NCBI GenBank assembly: GCA_002269645.1
Contig: NIVC01005126.1
Location: forward strand, 1-25,461
From: Macrostomum lignano
Taxonomy: Eukaryota
Direction of reading: 5' to 3'
Length of the DNA: 25,461 nucleotides
The notes under the pieces: generated by a model
Databases searched by the model: none
What the model saw: the letters and a program-made list of their open reading frames with translations, nothing else
What the model was told of the DNA's origin: nothing
Part shown: positions 19,832 to 25,461 of the stretch, in pieces
Layout: every line of letters begins with the position of its first letter
Numbering within the stretch: position 1 is the stretch's first letter
Position numbers and translations under genes: made by a program

Positions 19832-20591
19832 GACTCACGCAGCTCAAAAGTCAAGACTGTGGGTCCAAAGAGTAATCGGATAGATTCGATACAGTTGATC
19901 GGTCGTAGCCGTATTTGCATGTGTGTTAAGCGGTGGTTTGCTGCTATTGGGAAGAACAGCTTATTCTTATAGATGAGTTCCGACCGGTGACCCTGCAAAA
20001 GACCACCAATATTCAAAGTCTGCAGTGCTGGAGTAAACTGATTTCCAATACAGCGCGGGCTAATCTGATCGCACTCAACAAGCAGCAAATCCGTATTCCA
20101 GGCCGGGTTCATGCCAGGTCGTTCAAAGCAACCTGCCTGCTCGCTATAGGTTGTCTGCGCAGCACCAAAGATTTTCCCCATCTGGCTGTTTTCTGGAAAC
20201 ATAAATCTCCACAGATCCCAGCCATTTGATAGTATACATATGGCTAACTGAATCAAGGGTAAATTTAATTAGATGCACATTTATAGGTGTTTCGCCAATT
20301 CCAGACTCATCAAAATCTTTTACAATCAGTAGCATTTACTGCATCAATCAGCTCATTCAAGTCATTGTAGCGCCCAGCTGGAATTTCAGCACATTGCATT
20401 GAACCCTCAAGCTGATAATATAGCGACAATGGATGAGGGATCGTGTAGATGCAGTTGATAAAACTGATTCCAAGCAGACCCAACTCATAGTCCAAAGCAG
20501 AATCCAGCAGCACAGGATGCAGCAGCTCAGCAGTAAAGTTGGCCGGGTCATCATCGGGGCCGGACATTACCTGAAATCTTTGCCTTTTCAT
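19813..20591 (-). pseudogene. Minor capsid/penton protein (PX-like), two frameshifts (~20330, ~20190)
   Basis: ANFTAELLHPVLLD..YELGLLGISF..IPAGRYNDLNELIDAVN, then LLLVECDQI..IGNQFTPAL..FFPI..IRL..FGPTVLTFELR, spread over three frames. Confidence 0.75.
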
Positions 20592-21565
20592 ATTTTTCTT
20601 AAGTCTTTTTCGTCAATCCAACTGGGTTTTTCTGAATCGCGCCACTGAACCAAATACCGAATCTTTCCACTCTTCAGCTTCTTAATGTTGAGAACCTTGT
20701 CGATGATCCACAGCTTCTTGTTTCCTGTCACTTGCTGCATTTCCGGCTCGTAAAACTTGCCTTCCAACTCTTCACCTCGGGCATCGATCAGAGTGTACAT
20801 GTATGGATAATGCTTGGGGTGGAGGGACTTGACTTCAAATACTTCCTCACTCCATCCCCTTGTGTATCCCTTGGTGAATGGGTTGGCCAGATTGCGAAGA
20901 GAGATTCGCACCATCATTCCTGCCTTGAACTTTGGTCTGGAGACCTTTTCACGAGTCTCAGGAAGCTTCCCATCGTAAAGCCGGTGCCAAATTTCCATCT
21001 CGTTTGACTTGTCGACATCAACTGGTCGGCTTTGAATACTCCGATGAATACTCTGGTTGTATGCCTTTGCTAAGGGTTGAAGCACATCGGTCCAGGTTAA
21101 TGTTGACTTGTGACGGAAGTACCGCCACATTCGGGATTTCAGTGTGCGGTTCCATCTCTCAATGACTGCGCATTTCTGGTCACTACTTGATGTGAATGCA
21201 TGAATTTTGTGGTTTACGCAGAGGGCTCGGAACTGGGTGTTACAAAACTCTTTTCCACGGTCGGTCCGAACTGCTCGTGGGCATCGAGGGTGAGCTCGAT
21301 TTAGGATCGCTTCGAATCCGGCTGCAACCTCCTCGGCTGTCTTGCGGCGCACCGGCTGAGCCCAGGCAAACTTGCTGAGCACATCAATGCAGCATAAAAT
21401 ATATCGTACGCCGCCATTGTACTTAGCAAACGGTAGCATTTCAACCAGGTCCAGTTCCCACTGGTCATCCATGCCCCGCACCACAATCGGTGCTCGACGA
21501 AAGTTTTTGCGTTTATCTCTATGCAGTGTGTAGACATCTTGGTCTTGGAGCCACGTTTTTACCTT
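20588..21565 (-). pseudogene. Polinton retroviral-like DDE integrase with C-terminal chromodomain, 5'-truncated
   Basis: WELDLVEM (D), VRTDRGKEF (D), VIERWNRTLK (E) and chromodomain IIDKVL..YLVQWRD..SWIDEKDL. The frame extends upstream through KVKTWLQDQDVYTLH to a stop at ~21606 with no ATG. Confidence 0.92.
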
Positions 21566-21762
21566 TAATTGTAAAAACTGGAAATTGCTAGCTAGTGGAT
21601 AAAACTAAAAACCTAAGCTGGAATTTTCTAAAAAATCATTGGTTTAGAAGTATATCGTATATACATACCTGCCCTACACTAAACTTGGGTCCGTGATGTT
21701 TGTGCAACTCTCGTTTTAATGCCTGATAGCCGCCATAGCTGCCCGGCCTCTGCAGTCAAAAT

Positions 21763-22635
21763 AAATACCTGGCAGAAGGTTTGAAATTGCCTTTTTCTTT
21801 TTCATTTTACCAAATTTCTAGTACCTATCATTTTCTTATGCCAAACACCGGCTTGAAAAAAAAAACTACCCACCCCACCATTTCTGCGGATTTAGCGTTT
21901 CTAGCCTCTGTTGTGCGCGAAAAAGCATGCATGTTTGCACAAAATACATACATTTCAATGGGAATTTTACCCGAACCTGTGCATGAAAAGACGCATTTTG
22001 TCGAAAAATTCACGCCGTATTGCATACTTTTAATCACTGTGCACGAAAACTTGCATACTTGTGCATAAAACACATGTATTTCAGTGGGGATTTTAACCCG
22101 GACCTGTGCACAAAAATGACTCATTATGGCAAAATATTTAAGAAAAAGAGCATTTTTCGCCACTGCAGCTTACATATAGAGTAAAAAAGGTGTTCATTAT
22201 TATTAAAAAATTCTATAAACTTTGTAGTATGCAGATCTAAATACCTGGCGGAAGGTTGGAAATTGCCTTTTTCGTTTTCATTTTACCGAATTTCTAGTAC
22301 CTATCATTTTCTTATGCCAAACACCTGGCTTGAAAAAAAAACTGCCCACCCCCACCAGTTTCTGCGGATTTAGCGTTTCTAGCCTCTGTTGTGCACGAAA
22401 AATCATGCATTTTTGCATAAAATACATGTATTTCAATGGGAATTTTTACCCGAATGTGTGCACGAAAAACCTCGACACTTTGCATACTTTTTAACACTGT
22501 GCACGAAAAACTTGCATACTTGTGCATAAAACACATACATTTCAATGAGAATTTTAACCCAGAGATGTGCACAAAAAATGACTCATTATGGTAAAAATAT
22601 TAATGTGAAAGAACATTTTCTCTCCTGCAGTGTAC
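21763..22635 (+). repeat. AT-rich tandem duplication with 476-bp period
   Basis: AAATACCTGGC.GAAGG starts at 21763 and 22239. The copies align through TGACTCATTATGG and contain internal TGTGCAC/ATTTCA.TGGGA sub-repeats. Confidence 0.85.
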
Positions 22636-22758
22636 CAAATATTGAATATGGCAAAGCATGTATTTATTATTATTCAGACTATATTATGTTCGTATTAAAT
22701 TTACATGCATATAGTTAAAAATTAAATATATGTGGAAAGAATGTTATTGTGAAAAAAA

Positions 22759-23505
22759 GAGCTTGCTAGTGTCCAGATCGCACTGGCCGACACTGGCTTG
22801 TCATCTTGAGAACGTGCACCAGAACTAAATCCCCGTTGAAAATCTTCTGGTCGCGGAACGCTGACTTGGCCACAGGCTTTGAATTGACCAGTCGGTAGCT
22901 CACTTTCTTGCGAACATTCTCTAGGGTCTACAGGGAGTTGTTTAGCAGCCCGTTGTCTTTCTTGAACTCATTCTTGGCCTTTTGCACGACGCTCCATGCG
23001 GTAGATAATAAACAGCGGTCGACACGTCAACACACCGAGTGGTCCTGATTACCCAGCCACTGCCATTGCGTAGGTACTTCTCTATCCGGTTGAGGATAGT
23101 CTGTATATCGTCAGAGAAGTATTGCTCCTCCTCACTCCGAATAAGAGAGTGGACCTTGGCAGCAAACCAGGCGGTGTTCTCGGCGGCGCAGCGGCCATTA
23201 ATGATGCGCTGCATCAGGACTCCGAGGCGCAGCTGAACCTTGATGGCGGTTCCTGGCTCACGTTGATGCTGGGTGATTAAGTCAATGAAAGCTTGACGAG
23301 TGCTTTCCAACACATTCCTCGGGTCTCCGCATGCACTGGCCCGGTAAAGTCGGGACCTGCCATTAAACGCCTCCTTAATCAGTTGAAAATGAATCGTTGG
23401 GTAGTCATCTGACTCAAACAGTGCTGGTATCGCAGGGCATACCGCATAGTGCTTCTCAATGCCCCGATTACTGATGACTCGCAAAAAGTCGCAAGTTATT
23501 TGCAT
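22759..23505 (-). pseudogene. Protein-primed DNA polymerase B remnant (large internal deletion)
   Basis: The N-terminal region ending IEKYLRNGSGW..VDVSTAVYYLPHGAS is joined at ~22990 to AKNEFKKD..LLNNSL*TLENVRKK..LV..DKP..LDTSKL (motif B region). Exonuclease, motif A and motif C are absent. Confidence 0.8.
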
Positions 23506-23565
23506 TTTCGTTGTATTTTTAATTTAATCTAAAATAAATAAAAAATCTATAGGACCGAGGTGCTT

Positions 23566-23704
23566 TATTTATAAAGTGTACTGGAGCCCTTCTCACGCAG
23601 GGTCCAAACCAAATCGTTCACCAGGGACCTATCGACCAATAGAATCCCTTCTCCACATTTTACTCGGAAATCACTTCAAATGCTTTCTCGACCAATAGAA
23701 TCCC
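23566..23704 (-). promoter_or_regulatory. Putative PolB promoter: two CCAAT repeats plus TATA
   Basis: TCGACCAATAGAATCCC at 23632-23648 and 23688-23704; TATAAATA on - at 23573-23566; ATG at 23505. Confidence 0.55.
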
Positions 23705-23936
23705 CTCTCTACTCGAAAATTCCAAGCAATCAGACCCTCTATCGGATCACATTGAAACTCTGTGCTGCGTGTCACCACACGCGGTAGGAGGACACTCGCC
23801 AATGGACACTCATTCACATCTCGATACCCACCCTTGGACACTCAACCAGACACTCGGCTGCCCGACCCTCATCTGGCCTGCCCGACCGGCTTGCCCGACC
23901 CCAACCTGGGCTTGCCCGACCCCCTTCTCCGGCCTC

Positions 23937-24221
23937 CGGTATGGGATGGTGTGCTGGACAGGAAGGGGCCTTGGTATGGGATGGATAGGAGGGGCCCGGT
24001 TTGGGGTCGGAGGTAGGTGCGTGGGTTTGGGGTCGGGGGTGGGCGTCTTTGGGGGCCCGGTTTGGGTCGGGGGTGGGTGCGTGGCGGTGGTGGGGTCGGG
24101 GGTGGGTGCGTGGCGGTGGTGGGGTCGGGGTGGGCGTCTTTTGGGGGCCCCTCCCCTCATTGGCCGGGTGCCCCGGCCAATCCGGTGCGATGGCGGTAGA
24201 GGGTACCACTTTCCTACTACT
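23937..24221 (-). repeat. Right terminal inverted repeat
   Basis: Reverse complement of the left end, with fewer copies of the 39-bp unit. Confidence 0.9.
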
Positions 24222-24285
24222 TCTCTCTACTTAGCGTTCACTAGCGTCTAGCAAGCTGCAGAGACATTCAGTGCGGAGTAGTCAG

Positions 24286-25123
24286 TTAGACAGCAAAGAT
24301 AGACAGCCTGTCGGCCTTCTGAACGTCCGTATTCCAGTGACCAGTCGAGCTATTCGTGAACAAAATCCTCGGCGCGCAGTGAAGTTTTCCTTAGAAAATG
24401 GGCAGACATCATCGGTATCCATTATCATTAGCAGTCCATTGTCAGAAGGCAAGCAACCGCCGTAGTTGTAGTTGATGAAAAACCTGCGCTCGTGACTCCA
24501 TCCTATGACGGTAGACACGTGACCAGCTACGGAGAAATAGTTGACAGTCCTGTTAGCGAGGCCATCTACAGGCCAGCTCGATTTGAGGCAATCGAGGGCG
24601 AACCAACTCTGCGCCGTGAGTCCCGGCTTGGATACGTCAAACGTCAATCGAATAACGGGAACGTTTGATTTGTACACGATTACGCGAAACTCTTTCATGG
24701 TTAGAAAGTTTTTCAGTTCGTCCAAATTGTCCAGAAGATCCGAGCGGAACACATCCGGCAGTCCAGCAGTTGAGCTCTCGCTCTCAACCCGTTAGGACGT
24801 GCTCATTGCCAGATGCTGTGACGAAAGAGTTGTAGGCCTTGCGGCCAACTTCAGCTTTGATTGGTGAAGATCAGATGCGACACTACCGGGGGCTCGGATC
24901 TGGTGCCCGACACGGAAGCCAGAGACTCCAAAAGTCCATCGGACGACGATGGCAGGCACTTTAGCGGGCACTCGCTGCTCAGTAGGTGGCACTCGCCTGA
25001 GCTGCCGTTCAGAAGAACTTGACTGGCGCGCCAAATCATTTTCGATTCGAACTCATTTTGCAGCTTTGCTATCCAACAGGCATTTCTCGGTATGGCCGTC
25101 TTGTTTGCTAAGCTCTTCAGCAA
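24286..25123 (-). pseudogene. Frameshifted intronless host gene, uncharacterised invertebrate protein family
   Basis: FRSDLLD..WF..NYFSVAG..RRFFINYNYGGC..D.G..C is continued in another frame by PRILFT..HW..KADRLSIFAV*. Upstream pieces (SGECHLL; LIF / AEVGRKAYNSF) lie in different frames. Family recalled from memory only. Confidence 0.45.
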
Positions 25124-25461
25124 TCAGCGCAACCGTTGAGCTTCTGAACTTCAAAGCATGACTCTGTTCGGGCCTGAGGCCAAGCAGAATTTAAACAAAT
25201 AAACAACGGAACAGATTTACTGCAGACAACATTTTCTTGTTAATTTAAGATCCGTTCAAAAGTCTTGCAGCTGATTGTAAATAATGTACGACTTTATCGG
25301 TGTATAGAGCCGGTTTTAGCCTCAGCTGTATTATAAGTCTGTACACTGTAACTGCAATGCTTTTCATTGGCTAGAAAAGATCGCAATCCCTTTAGCGTAT
25401 GCTGTGGTGAGATTGGTTTCGGTACGTGGCATTATAAACCGTCTTTCTGTGGTGATTTCGG

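Larger units (their letters stand above)
13083..24221. mobile_element. Polinton/Maverick (endogenous adintovirus-like element), non-autonomous/defective, 11,139 bp
   Basis: Termini AGTAGTAGGAAAG...CTTTCCTACTACT and 6-bp TSD TCTCTC (13077-13082 and 24222-24227). Internal INT, minor capsid, MCP, protease, ATPase and PolB remnant. Confidence 0.96.

Noticed and set aside
15331-21378. Plus-strand ORFs opposite the Polinton genes
   Set aside because: Antisense shadows of recognisable minus-strand genes, with no motifs.
21781-22572. ORFs within the AT-rich duplication
   Set aside because: Frames are not preserved between the two copies and no motifs are recognisable.

Overview
Eukaryotic (invertebrate-like) genomic DNA in two halves. 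Left half (1-13 kb): the 3' nine exons of an SLC6 Na+-coupled amino-acid transporter gene (glycine-transporter branch, + strand). Its 6.9-kb intron (1192-8084) contains a complete four-exon BTB-BACK gene on the same strand, two copies of a tRNA-derived CORE-like SINE and several minisatellites. Right half: an 11,139-bp Polinton/Maverick (endogenous adintovirus-like element) at 13083-24221, bounded by AGTAGTAG terminal inverted repeats and a perfect 6-bp TCTCTC target-site duplication. It carries integrase, minor and major capsid, adenain protease and packaging ATPase genes, but is defective: PolB is largely deleted, the integrase is 5'-truncated and the capsid genes are frameshifted. The most interesting signal is the accessory cargo: a divergent TATA-binding-protein (TBP)-fold gene with its own CCAAT+TATA promoter, hidden by a frameshift inside an apparent exonuclease-TBP fusion ORF, and a PC4/Sub1-like gene with a probable second PC4 repeat. 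Together they suggest a virus-like transposon carrying parts of a Pol II initiation kit. All family assignments are by-eye motif recognition; no searches were run.
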